A DNA stretch of 64,000 nt from a virus (taxonomy: Duplodnaviria; Caudoviricetes): positions 32,001 through 96,000 of IMG/VR virus record IMGVR_UViG_2595698668_000001. The stretch is one strand, 5' to 3'. The translations under genes and the position numbers were made by a program. Below the pieces are notes generated by a model. It made no database searches and had not been told where the DNA came from. It was given only the letters and a program-made list of their open reading frames with translations. Positions within the stretch are counted from its first letter, which is position 1; each line of letters opens with the position of its first letter. Below are positions 20,417 through 31,437 of the stretch, one piece after another.

Positions 20417-20657
20417 TCAGACAACATCACTATTATCCTGCATATCGCCATATACCAGTTTATAAACTGTTCCTGACTTGGTTACAATATGAGTTGTTAC
20501 ATCGTTGCAATCCCGAATATATTCAATGATAAAAGAGGTAACTATTTGCTCACCGTCATCAAAACGATTCTTGGTATCACAAAAAAACATAACCAAGTGC
20601 TTTGTTTTCGTTGAACGGATATGGAGACGAGTTTTTTAAAATCGCATCGTGTTTCAT
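20417..20657 (-). pseudogene. Frameshifted paralog of 19096-19317
   Basis: MKHDAILKN...GYVF continues as CDTKNRFDDGEQIVTS...SGTVY only if one T is removed from the T7 run (plus-strand A7, 20581-20587); length 241 = 3n+1. Confidence 0.75.
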
Positions 20658-21223
20658 TCTTCTACCTCGAACAAACAATCTTCTTCATCCGGATAGCAAT
20701 TATCGATGTTATTGGGCCATTTAACCCAAGTCCAACCCGGTACTACATCCCGATATTCATGGTTTGGGATCACAACACCAATTACATCAATTGGATTCGA
20801 CTCTCCGCCGTTACCATCGTATGCCCAACGGCTTTTTGGATCCAATTTTACCAGAGTACCAATTTTAATATCTTTGTTCATTTTTAACTCTCCGAATATA
20901 CTTCAACAGAAAAAGGCTCGTCGTCAAGGTGGATAACATGGTTTAGTTGACCAAAATAATCGCAAATGGCACAAATCTTTTCTTCGTTGACTCCATATAG
21001 AACAAGTTCCCAACGACTATAACCATACTCACTTTCAGGATAATAAGAATTGTACTTAACTTCTGTTTGTACTGTAGCCAACATGGATGCAACACTGTGA
21101 AGTACGTATTCTTGTTTATCCTCGTCTTTTAATCCAGATTCGATGTATGCAAAGGTCTTACCACCGGATTTGTCTTCGTAACCTTCGAAGTCATCCCAAA
21201 TATTAATATCAATAATTTTCACA

Positions 21224-21598
21224 TCAATCACCGTTAAAATGTATGTTCCAAACAGGACGATATTCCCGAATCAGCCGCTGCTCGTCCATATCTAACATCA
21301 TACTAGAAGACCGGAAAACATACAACCACAAATTCCCCTTGTTGATAGTCTCCACCATCTTTTTGTTCTTGTCAACATTAGATTGTCGGGCGTTTCTCCA
21401 ATTTACACAATTCCTATACGTATCGAATCTCTTCCAAAGATCGTTTGCTTTACCAATATAAAGGACTTTGGTCCCTCGTACAAACGCATATACCACATTT
21501 TGGTAATATGTCGGGACCAACATATCCCTCGATAACAAACCTCGTTCATCTAGATATAGCTTTGATATCTTCTTAAACCCCGGAAGCATATCATTCAC
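21224..21598 (-). CDS. denA: GIY-YIG endonuclease II
   Basis: NVVYAF..VLYIGKA..L.KR..TY and terminal E..LI..Y.P.WN; lies upstream of rnlA as in T4. Confidence 0.85.
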   Translation of the reverse strand: MNDMLPGFKKISKLYLDERGLLSRDMLVPTYYQNVVYAFVRGTKVLYIGKANDLWKRFDTYRNCVNWRNARQSNVDKNKKMVETINKGNLWLYVFRSSSMMLDMDEQRLIREYRPVWNIHFNGD

Positions 21599-22256
21599 CC
21601 TTAAAACTTCTACGCATCTTGTATGTCACGATCTGATAATTGAGACATGAGGTAAAAATGGAATGGATCTCATGACGAATTGATTGAGTTAGAGGAATTT
21701 CGACATTTTGTAATTTACAAAACTCAGAATGATAAATTTCCTGAATGTAACCACTATGAGTTAAATCATAAAAAGCCGCCTGTATAGGTTCCTCTATTTC
21801 GTTTTTTTGTAGGTTGTCGAAAATAGACAAGGCAGCAACTATACGTTCCTCCATGATCTTAGCAATGATCATTCCATTTTCATTCATACAACATTTTTCA
21901 GTATCATGATAAATCATTTTTCTTTTTATTCCTAATATAGGTTCGACGATTTAACCGAGTAACAATATTAAAATTTACCAATTCAAGCGTATACTGTTCA
22001 TAAATCCAATAATACAAATCATCAACATTGACATCGGGGTATAATTTTAATACTTCATCACTAATTTCGTTGATATCTTGGTCTGTTGGTCTATAGATAT
22101 AAAAAAGTTTTGATACCGCAATGACAAATTTTTCATTGTCGTCGATATCATTCAATTCCTGTTTGTGCTTTTCCATTCTGGACCGAACGTGCTTATCAAT
22201 AATAGGGAATATATCCCTTGATTCTACACTATATGCACCCGTCTCTCTTGAAAATT

Positions 22257-22730
22257 TCATTTCAACATCCTTATAGCCTCTTTGGCTTTTTCAACAGATA
22301 ACCCTTCTCTATGGATCTTCACCAGATGACTATGGTCATATCGAAGGTCATCAATAATAACGTATTTTTCAACACCACTAACTTTAGCATACTCTTCTGC
22401 ACAAGTAAACCGGTATTCCCCACCACCAGTATAGTCAATTACCCCATCGAGTTTGAGACCAGTGATTTCAGTGAAAACTGTCGAACCAACACAGTCAACA
22501 TCACCACCCCGAAACCAAGAAGAGATTCCTATTAGTTTAACGTCGTCGTAGGCTCTCAGAACGTCGTATAGGTTGTTTAACATCCATGGACATATAAGGT
22601 ATATGATCCCATCAACAACTTCCCATATCGCTTCTGATGAGACGTATGACGATACTTGATTTGTGTGGGCAACTTCTGACGTTTCATAGTTGTTTAGTGG
22701 TCCATCCACATCTAAGAAAACATACCTCAT
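22257..22730 (-). CDS. HAD-family phosphatase (RNA-repair HAD_SAK-like)
   Basis: FLDVDGPLN, ISSW and YVIIDD motifs. Confidence 0.75.
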   Translation of the reverse strand: MRYVFLDVDGPLNNYETSEVAHTNQVSSYVSSEAIWEVVDGIIYLICPWMLNNLYDVLRAYDDVKLIGISSWFRGGDVDCVGSTVFTEITGLKLDGVIDYTGGGEYRFTCAEEYAKVSGVEKYVIIDDLRYDHSHLVKIHREGLSVEKAKEAIRMLK

Positions 22731-23416
22731 ACAAGAACCCGTGATGCAAGGATCGCCGAATGGCGCTTCAACTTGGTTTCCAAAGATTCTAATTTATACC
22801 AATCAGTCCATCGTGTCATTTCTTTACTTCCAATAGTACCAGTGAACCAATCGGATATTGAAGGTGGATTATAAAATCCAGTGGAAATACTCATCCTAAT
22901 TTTATGACAAAAGTAAAAAGTCACATAATAGGTGCTTTCTGAACCTAATTTCAAAGACCAGACTTTGGTTGTTGAAAATACCTTCGTCATCTCGAATTGT
23001 GCATCTGGTAGGAAAGAATGAATAAAATATTTCTTGTGATCGAATCCTTCATCAACCAATGTCTTGTAGAGGTCAGATGCTACTTCAATCAACTCGCGTA
23101 GGTTAACTTTCCAACCATATCCGAGGTTAATTACCCCGATATATGCTGGTGTAATATTTTTGTTTAAAATATTGAGGACACGTCTCCCCGAATCGGTTTG
23201 TGTGATGATGAAATCATAATCCCACAGACTGAAAACATGTGCGCGGTTTACTGATTTTAGTTTTGATTCTATAGCTTGTACGTAAGAAAATTCATGATCC
23301 ATCATACTTTTGATACCAGCCATAGCAAGAGATAGACAGATTGGATAACCGAAATAGTCCGCAGTATCTTTATGGAGTTGTGTGTACATTTTATTCCTCG
23401 TCGTAAACTGGTTCAA
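22727..23416 (-). CDS. Hypothetical protein
   Basis: 229 aa ORF with ATGA overlap to the next gene. Confidence 0.7.
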   Translation of the reverse strand: MNQFTTRNKMYTQLHKDTADYFGYPICLSLAMAGIKSMMDHEFSYVQAIESKLKSVNRAHVFSLWDYDFIITQTDSGRRVLNILNKNITPAYIGVINLGYGWKVNLRELIEVASDLYKTLVDEGFDHKKYFIHSFLPDAQFEMTKVFSTTKVWSLKLGSESTYYVTFYFCHKIRMSISTGFYNPPSISDWFTGTIGSKEMTRWTDWYKLESLETKLKRHSAILASRVLV

Positions 23417-23752
23417 AAATAACAGATTTACCGTACTTAGTAAATCCTTCTTTGGTGCTATACACCATATTTTTAAGATTACCTTTTATCCAACCGGTTT
23501 TTTGTTCTGGTGTACATTCCTCCCACGAACTCATCAACCCATTAGGATAGCAATTTTGGAAGTGATAAACCTCAACAGGTTTATCGTATTTGTTTTCCAT
23601 ATATGAAATGGAAGAATAGATCGAAGACTTATCATAGTGGGTTGGGAAGATCCAGTTCTCAACATCACCAGTCTTCTTATTGAGTGAAACTATTAGGGTA
23701 ACCGTGTTTACATTAATTTTCATGATATGTCTCCTTGTCTTTCGATACACAT

Positions 23753-23792
23753 AAGATACAGAAAAGCCGAAAGCATGTCAACACTTTCGGCT
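23753..23792 (-). promoter_or_regulatory. td terminator hairpin with overlapping early promoter
   Basis: AGCCGAAAG/CTTTCGGCT stem plus TTT; TTGACA in the loop, N17, then TATCTT. Confidence 0.7.
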
Positions 23793-23798
23793 AGATTT

Positions 23799-24671
23799 TT
23801 AAGCAGCAAACGGAATATCTAGTTTTCCGTTATGAAGATAACCATCAATTGTTACAATATCGTAAACTTTGTTCTTTTCATCAAGCACATAGTTTAGATC
23901 GACACATTTCTCGTCAAAAACCAACACGGGGTTGTTTAGTGGGTGTGGTTCTCGTTTCAGAAACTCTTCACATGCGTCGAATTGATTTTCGTAAATGTGA
24001 ACGTTGTTCATAACATGGGTAACCTTCCCGACCTTATGACCCGTGATCTTAGCCATCAGTTCTAGGAAAAACCATGCTTGGAGCATATTGGCGGGGCCAC
24101 CTAGAAGGATGTCAGTGCTACGTTGATACGACGTAAGGTGAAGGGTATCACCGATAAGCTGGAACTGGTGCATCATCATACAAGGACGTAAACAACCTTC
24201 TTCGAACCGAGAAGGATCCCAGAAGGTGATGATCTCACCGCGATTATCAATACCAGCTTTCAGATCTTCATACACATCCCAAAGTAGGTCATATTCCCCA
24301 CCCATGTTACCAAAGTCACGGGCGATTGCACCATAGACGTTACCCATATCATCCTCACCTAGTCGGTTCGGATTGGCTAACCATGCTTTTGTCTCATTTG
24401 CGTTGGCATCCCATGTACGAGTCCCGAGATCCCGAAATTGCTTTGCGCTGGTATATCCTCGCAGATAACCCACAAACTCAGCGATGAACATCTTGAAGAA
24501 AACGTGTTTATGAGAAATCATCGGACATCGGTCATAAACCATAACATGAGTTGGAATAGTTCGACAAACATATCCAGTACGAGAGTTGAAGATGTCATGA
24601 CCAGATTCAAAAACATTCTTTACTAGATTGTAATATTCTGATTCGTACTTACCTTGTGGGAGTAATGTCAT
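23799..24671 (-). CDS. td: Thymidylate synthase (no intron)
   Basis: RTG, WDANAN, LRPC, YQRSTD.LLG.P.N and HIYENQ motifs. Confidence 0.97.
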   Translation of the reverse strand: MTLLPQGKYESEYYNLVKNVFESGHDIFNSRTGYVCRTIPTHVMVYDRCPMISHKHVFFKMFIAEFVGYLRGYTSAKQFRDLGTRTWDANANETKAWLANPNRLGEDDMGNVYGAIARDFGNMGGEYDLLWDVYEDLKAGIDNRGEIITFWDPSRFEEGCLRPCMMMHQFQLIGDTLHLTSYQRSTDILLGGPANMLQAWFFLELMAKITGHKVGKVTHVMNNVHIYENQFDACEEFLKREPHPLNNPVLVFDEKCVDLNYVLDEKNKVYDIVTIDGYLHNGKLDIPFAA

Positions 24672-24961
24672 TGCATCAAGATCCCACCGGTAGATTTGCT
24701 ATAACCCCCAAGAGCCTCAGTAGAACTCTTAACGTTTTCCATCTGCTCATAGAAAGTCGTCATAGCAAGCTGCATTTCGGTAAATCCGGCGCGGAGTTCC
24801 GTATTTGATTCAACTAGACTTTGAATTGTCGCTTCGTGCGTCTTGATTGTTTCTCGCTGGTGTTCCAACTGTTTAACCATTGCGTCGATCATAAAATTTT
24901 GCACAAAAATGGATTCTTCTACGGTTGGATTTTCTTTTTCGATTAGTTCATTGATATTCAT
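24668..24961 (-). CDS. Coiled-coil hypothetical protein between frd and td
   Basis: Overlaps both neighbours by 4 nt. Confidence 0.75.
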   Translation of the reverse strand: MNINELIEKENPTVEESIFVQNFMIDAMVKQLEHQRETIKTHEATIQSLVESNTELRAGFTEMQLAMTTFYEQMENVKSSTEALGGYSKSTGGILMQ

Positions 24962-25494
24962 TTACTTTCCTTTTTGAAATGAGTATAGACAACACTCAGC
25001 CCCTCTTTGGTGGTAAGAACCTGACTATCTACGATGCTCATAGTGCATGAGATTTCCTTGACCAACCCCATATCTAGGTTTACGTCACAGAATTGTTTAG
25101 ATGGCATTGTAGCGCAGGATATAACGGTTACATGGGCTTCATTAACCATTCCAGAAGACATGAAATGATAAAGCATACTCGGTCCACCAATTACACAAAA
25201 ATCGGTTTCTGGATTATTTTCAATCATCTGATTGATCAACCCCATATCATCGGAGATAACATCCGGACCCTCACCACTCTTAGTGACTGAATCAGGATTA
25301 GATGATAACACAATATGCATACGATCTTTAAGTTTACTTGGAAGAGATTCAAACGTCCCCCGGCCCATAATCAGAACTTTTTTGGAAGTTACATCTTTGA
25401 ATTTCTTCATATCTTCTCGGATATGGGGCCAAGGCATAGTACCACAGTGCCCGAATTGTCCTTGTTCACCAACTGCAAAAACTAAACTAATCAT
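24958..25494 (-). CDS. frd: Dihydrofolate reductase
   Basis: MPWPHIREDM..FK, IMGRGTFESLP..L.DR and VIGG motifs. Confidence 0.95.
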   Translation of the reverse strand: MISLVFAVGEQGQFGHCGTMPWPHIREDMKKFKDVTSKKVLIMGRGTFESLPSKLKDRMHIVLSSNPDSVTKSGEGPDVISDDMGLINQMIENNPETDFCVIGGPSMLYHFMSSGMVNEAHVTVISCATMPSKQFCDVNLDMGLVKEISCTMSIVDSQVLTTKEGLSVVYTHFKKESK

Positions 25495-26731
25495 CTTCTA
25501 CCTCTTAATAAGTACATTCATAACAAGAAAATTCGTACTTACTTTCTTGTTTTTCATTAGGATTTTTGATCTTAACCCGGACACCACAAAGACAATTATC
25601 CTCCCATGGTAAACATCGGTGTTTCTTATTATCGACACCGATACAACGAATCAAATTCTCTCGGATCTCTTGCTTTGTCATATTTCTCATGGTTGGAGAC
25701 CCATATCCATTTTAGTTACGTCAAACAGATAAATACTTGGATGGATAGAGCAATAGTTATCACACTTAAACCCAAAATACATACTATCCCGATAAACGTC
25801 TTTATCAACAATTTCCATAGAGTAAACAATATCACCTTTCTTATACACCAACAAAGAATAACCATCAGATTGGAAGGCTCTCCATGGATATGATGTATAA
25901 TCATGGTCATATCGAACGTTAGTCAAGATAAGTTTATCTGCATAAATATAATCCAGTTCCATTTTAAACCCCCAGAAGGTTAAGAAGAGTGTATTCAGAT
26001 TTCCCTTTTGCAAAATGACAGAAAGAATGAAAATCCTCCTTGGTATATCGACCTTTCCGAACATACATTTTAAAGGTACGATTCAAAATCTTTTCTCGAT
26101 CTGATTGATGACCTAGCTTTTTCATTCTACTTCCTCCAAACACTCTTCTACCAATTTGAAATATTCTCCCTTGTTGTATCCACCCGGAACATCAAACATC
26201 AGGATACCATCATACTGTTCACCATATGAATTTTCGCTAATCCCAATAGCTTTTACACCAATCCAACCAACATAACACAACTCGATGATATCGCCGATAC
26301 CAACTATATGGTTTTCACTAACGGGAGTAGTGATCCGATACTTTTTACCTGCTTCAATCATAATTATACCCTCACCAAGAACTGTTTTTCATATTCGGTA
26401 ATGAAGAAATCTTGTCCACCCTTAGAGACCCAAAATCCACCCAAATCTTTATATGCTGGTTCGTCATGAACACGGAAAGGGTCTAGACCAACAATACCAA
26501 CGAACAGCAGGTTGTGTTGATCTGTACACGGCATTTCGGAAACAAATTGGTTCATAGCTTCTTCTGATTTGAACTTATACATCATGATCTTAATCCTCAT
26601 AAGATTTGCGAATACCAACAGAAACTTTTGCTTTTACGCCATAAGAACCGTCGTTCATTTGAGTTTTGATTAACATGACAACCTCCTTCCTGTTTCTTCA
26701 TGGGCTATATTACAAAAGTTGGGACGTGAAA

Positions 26732-27712
26732 TCAACTAATTTTTGAAAATAAATCCAGTACAGCAGATGTTTTTGCTTTCGCTTCAACTTCTAGGCAACC
26801 CAAACCAGACAGGATTTTAGCTTGTTGGATGACCATAGGATCATCAATATAATCGCTATGTGCGCGGGATACTTTGTCTACTTCACGGCTTTGTGAAACG
26901 TGGAAAAACGGTTTTTGGTTTCCCCAAGTGGAAAGGATTCGTTCAAACGTAGATGAACCAACATCCAAAAATTCGCCGGTCATAACAAGATGGTGATGGC
27001 AGTCATACAACATTTTTATACCATATTTTTCACAAATAAGCAACGTATTTTGAGTGTCCCCCGTGAAGATCTTACCGTTTTTATCGCTATTCTCAAATGA
27101 GAGCCAAGGAATAAGATCCGAATATTGACCATTATCAAGTTCTGGGAGATGATCTAAGTTGCCTTCAAGATGAATATTAATACAAGATTTGTCTGATGTA
27201 GTCAACCGTTCCATAAAATATTTGTGATACATGAGGGTAACAAAAGATTGATTTCTGGTATCTTCACCGACAGAATTGATGATAACAAACTGGTCCGGGT
27301 GAGTAGATATCACGATACCGTTTGAATCAATTACTTTTTTGCAACGATTTAGCAACATGTCCACAACGGATAACACGTCCACATCGTAAAGAGACCCTAA
27401 CACTGGGTGGTCAAACAACGGAAGTAGATCTGAACTAATCCGCAGAGCATGACATTCAGTTGGCATACCAGACACAAAAACCAGTTGGTTGTACAAAGCA
27501 TTTAGATTTTGTTTAACTTTAGGCATCAGCTTTGCCTTTAGTTTAATAGAATTTTTAGATACCACATCCAATGTAAGGAGTGACGGGTCGTCAATCCCGC
27601 ATATCTGCATCATACTTTTTCTGGTAACCGTACCCATTTTTGTATCTTTATGAGCTGTAAAAGTTGATTTAGACTTATCGAAAATACCAGTCATACATAC
27701 AGTACCAAGCAT
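26732..27712 (-). CDS. uvsE: UV-damage endonuclease (UvdE/UvsE family)
   Basis: RISSDLLP, HPDQF..INS, INIH, EN.DK, DCHHH, H.SQS, HSDYI and EVEAKAK motifs. Confidence 0.9.
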   Translation of the reverse strand: MLGTVCMTGIFDKSKSTFTAHKDTKMGTVTRKSMMQICGIDDPSLLTLDVVSKNSIKLKAKLMPKVKQNLNALYNQLVFVSGMPTECHALRISSDLLPLFDHPVLGSLYDVDVLSVVDMLLNRCKKVIDSNGIVISTHPDQFVIINSVGEDTRNQSFVTLMYHKYFMERLTTSDKSCINIHLEGNLDHLPELDNGQYSDLIPWLSFENSDKNGKIFTGDTQNTLLICEKYGIKMLYDCHHHLVMTGEFLDVGSSTFERILSTWGNQKPFFHVSQSREVDKVSRAHSDYIDDPMVIQQAKILSGLGCLEVEAKAKTSAVLDLFSKIS

Positions 27713-27743
27713 TTAAAAATCCCCTACAACATTATGTGGGTGT

Positions 27744-27780
27744 ATACTAACAAAAAGGGTTGACCTAAGTCAACCCTTTT
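27744..27780 (-). terminator. Terminator hairpin with overlapping promoter for uvsE
   Basis: AAAAGGGTTGAC/GTCAACCCTTTT perfect stem; TTGACT-N18-TAGTAT. Confidence 0.7.
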
Positions 27781-28132
27781 TTCATTTAAAATTCCAGAGT
27801 ATCGAAATCTTTATCCATCAGATGGAGAACAATCTTTTTGAACTTCGCTTTTGTCTTTGAGTTAATGGGCATAGAACCCAAAAATTCCCAGTAAGAACCA
27901 GTAAATTCAAAAATCTGCAAATCGTCCCCGTCTACCTCAGTCGCCAGATAACCGAGGTTTGGACCACCAAGACATTCAAACAACCCAGTGCAAGTACCAT
28001 CACCCCAACTCAGGGTATCTTCAAACAGTGAATTAAATTTTGCAGTTTGTTCTTTATTCATCTTAGCCATTATATTAACCTTTTATTTTTAGTTGTGTTG
28101 AGGTTGCAATACGCAACCCCTTTCTATTTTTA

Positions 28133-29659
28133 TTACAGACCAGCCAGCGCACGAGCTTGGATGTCTTTCCAGATTTGGAAGTTAACAATCTTACCATCAC
28201 GGAAAGCAATTTTCAGTTCGCCTTGGTTGAACTCATCGGCGGTTTGGTTCTCGAAAAGAACATAATCACCATCAACCTTCTCAACCCGCAGACGACCACG
28301 AGCTGACTTCTTACTGTTCAACGCGGTTTTCGGGTTCTTCTGCATGGAGATATCAATACCATCAACGATGGAGTGAGTACCCTTGATTGCGATAGAGAAG
28401 CTATCACGAGAGGAATTCTTGAGGAAACCCCAGCTGCCAGTACCCATCAGTACGTTGGAAACACACCAACCAGCAGCAGCCATACCAGCATAGATCTTCT
28501 CTTGCAGTTCACCGTCAATCGCTTCGCCGTAGATGATACCAACTTTCGGATTCAGAACACGGAAACCCTTCTCATTCACAGTACCGCCGAAGATATCCCA
28601 CAGGATTTGCAGAGACCCTTTACGCTCATTCTCATCTTCTGCCTCTGGGTCACCCATAATAACCTCATAAGGGGTCTTAGGAGAGCTATCGGGACGAACT
28701 ACGAACTTACACAGACCATTAGAATCCGGTTGACGACCTTCGATTTCGTCTTTCAGAGCCAGAAGGTCTACAGCCAACAGACGGTAATAATCTTCGCTAT
28801 CAGCAACGTAACTCAGAATCCCAGTCGGATAAGTTTCAGTAAACAGGCGACGCAGGCTTTCACGTTCTGCATGTTCGAAACCCAGACCACGGAAGTAAGC
28901 GATACGCTGGGTTGCAGTTGCATGTTCGAATGCGTTAACAGAACAACCGATCAGTTCCTCGTCGCTATTAGCACCATAATAGTCTTCAATGTAATCGATA
29001 GCCCAACCAGTGTCAGTACCAGCACTGAACAGAAGCTGACCCATACCGGAGATAGTAGAATCTTCGATACCACGATGACCCCGAGCAGCGAAACAGTGGT
29101 TTGCAATCAGAGCCCAGAAATCATTTGCACCGGTTACCGGAGCCCACTTGTTAGAGGTCTTGCGATATTGAGCGGATACTACGGCAGCATTACACATGGG
29201 CCATACCATTGCACTCAGGAAGGTTTCCATGTAGTTAACCAACCAGAAAAACTCTTTCAGGGTGTTGCTAACTACGAAAGCCGGGATACCCATATTGATC
29301 CAGTTGCCTTCTTCAATTGCACGAACTTCCAGAGGCAGATAACCCAGATCATGAAGGTCACCAAGAGCTTTAATCATGGAATCGCCGTGGTCTTTACCGA
29401 TGGAGTTTTTTACACGACGTTCAAACCGGCGAATAACTTTCTCTTTGGACTTTTTGAAGAAGTTTTGATCCCACATCTCAACCATATATTGTAGGGAGAA
29501 TTGCAGGCCAAAGAATACCATTTTACCGTTTTTATGGATGGTATTAGCCAGACGGTCAGAACGGGGTGTCAGGTTGGCGATTACCAGTTCGGTTCCATTA
29601 ACATACTGATCAATGTGACCCCATTTGTAGAAGTCGGAAGTCATATGCGGATATTTCAT
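28133..29659 (-). CDS. Nicotinamide phosphoribosyltransferase-family protein (NadV/Namat-like)
   Basis: SDFYKWGH..QY, FFGLQ, LGYLPL, ETFLS, H.F..RG, EH, S.V.DS.D, VRPDS, IYGE.I and K.PKT...KKS..G motifs. Confidence 0.93.
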   Translation of the reverse strand: MKYPHMTSDFYKWGHIDQYVNGTELVIANLTPRSDRLANTIHKNGKMVFFGLQFSLQYMVEMWDQNFFKKSKEKVIRRFERRVKNSIGKDHGDSMIKALGDLHDLGYLPLEVRAIEEGNWINMGIPAFVVSNTLKEFFWLVNYMETFLSAMVWPMCNAAVVSAQYRKTSNKWAPVTGANDFWALIANHCFAARGHRGIEDSTISGMGQLLFSAGTDTGWAIDYIEDYYGANSDEELIGCSVNAFEHATATQRIAYFRGLGFEHAERESLRRLFTETYPTGILSYVADSEDYYRLLAVDLLALKDEIEGRQPDSNGLCKFVVRPDSSPKTPYEVIMGDPEAEDENERKGSLQILWDIFGGTVNEKGFRVLNPKVGIIYGEAIDGELQEKIYAGMAAAGWCVSNVLMGTGSWGFLKNSSRDSFSIAIKGTHSIVDGIDISMQKNPKTALNSKKSARGRLRVEKVDGDYVLFENQTADEFNQGELKIAFRDGKIVNFQIWKDIQARALAGL

Positions 29660-31437
29660 TTTCTCATTTTCCTTATTACATAATTTGAGTAAAGTATTTT
29701 TCTAACGTATCTTTTCTCATAGAATACGTTGTTTCTGTTTTAACGTCAACAAAATTTACAGAACCATCATCACAAATTTTACAAACCTGCCCATCCATCA
29801 CAAAATTATCAATCGCAGTAAGCCAACCGATGTTTCGATGGTCTCTCATAAATTCGACCCGATGTCTATCTGATTTGTAGTATATCGAGGTCACGTTAGG
29901 TTTAAAAGCAAATTTTTTGCGGTATTCATTGATGATTTTCGGGGTATCTTCAAATCCTACCATTCTGGTGAATTTACTAACAGGTTCCTCTTCAAACTGT
30001 TGAATATACTCTACCACGTCACCAAAGGAAAACAAAACGATTTTTTCTGATGAGTAACGATTTTTGATGAACACAAAAACACCATCTTTATAGTCAATCA
30101 CATAGCTACTTGACATGGTAAACCGGTCCAACCGACGACGTAGGTCCGCATAATCAGAAACATCCCCATCTGCGTTTTCCACCACATAAGGAACATTACC
30201 AATAAAATAAATTCTCATAAAACCAACCTTGTTCTTTGAATAACCAGATCGCCACCTTCCTTAAACTCTAGGTTTACAAGAATGCAATCACCTTCATCTT
30301 TGTAAGAATGTACCACCAAATCGGATAGATTATATCCAATGTTTTCGAGTGTGAGGTCGATTATTTTTGTCATAACCCGTCCGGGGGTTTGCCATTTTCC
30401 AATCATACAGTTTTAACCCACAAATGTTGATTATCTCGAACAAAACCATAAATTTTTTGTTCTACAGGAGACAAAGATAGACATCTTTCCATTTCTTCAT
30501 CTGACCACATAAGTTCCATGTCAACATTAATACCACGGATTACAATTTTGTGGATATCAATATAAGTTTTCTTTGTCCGTTTGTGTTCGTTCATAATATG
30601 TGCAAAAGCATCACATAGATATTTCATATCAATAGATGTCATATTATTTCTCCTTATTAGGTATGTGGATCATAACACGGGATCTACAATTTGGGCAAGA
30701 GTAAGTTTTCTTTTTTAATGAGTCATTATAGACCCACTTTGCAGTTACCATACTATATTCATGACGGCAACCATAGCAAATAAACTTGGTATCTCCCCAA
30801 TGTTCCTTATACCATTTGTCATCCATCAAAATTTGTTCCCATCACAGTCAATACGAAGAGATTCACTTTTTCCGAACTTTCGTTCCCCACAAATAAACCC
30901 TGCCCGTTTCGCTCGACAACTACCAAGACTCTGTTTATGAATGATACGTCCAATGAATTCATCCATATGGTCATGGTTTACCAGCTTAGAGAAAACTACG
31001 GTCAAAACTTTACCATCTTTAAGATCATACTCGATGAATTTATGGTCACCGATAGTATCCCGACCAATATCAATGATTTCGATATCATTTTCTTCCGAAC
31101 GGAACCAATCATGATATCGATCGAACATCCGGATCCGGTGTACCTTTTCCACTTCATCCATTGGAATTTCACCAATAATCTTGATGGTGATAGGTTGATA
31201 TGATTCGTGACAGTCTTCTTTCTTCAATACATATGTAATTGAATTGATCATTTCTTTTCTCCAAAACAGAGAGTACCGATAGCCAGATTATGAACGAGAT
31301 TCTTGATCTCTTCTTCGTTCATCCCATTCGCCTTTTCCCGCATCAACATTTCCTGAACAGATTGGTTAGCCAGAAGTTCATCGATACGGGAGTTAATGAA
31401 TTGGGTCATAGTTTCGATACTCATCATGTTTAGTTCC

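Noticed and set aside
23799-24671. Group I intron in td
   Set aside because: td is uninterrupted and of normal length
24668-24700. C-terminal KSTGGILMQ resembling the GroES mobile loop
   Set aside because: Too short to distinguish from chance
28373-29494. 373 aa plus-strand ORF
   Set aside because: Antisense shadow of the strongly codon-biased NAMPT-like gene; no motifs or RBS
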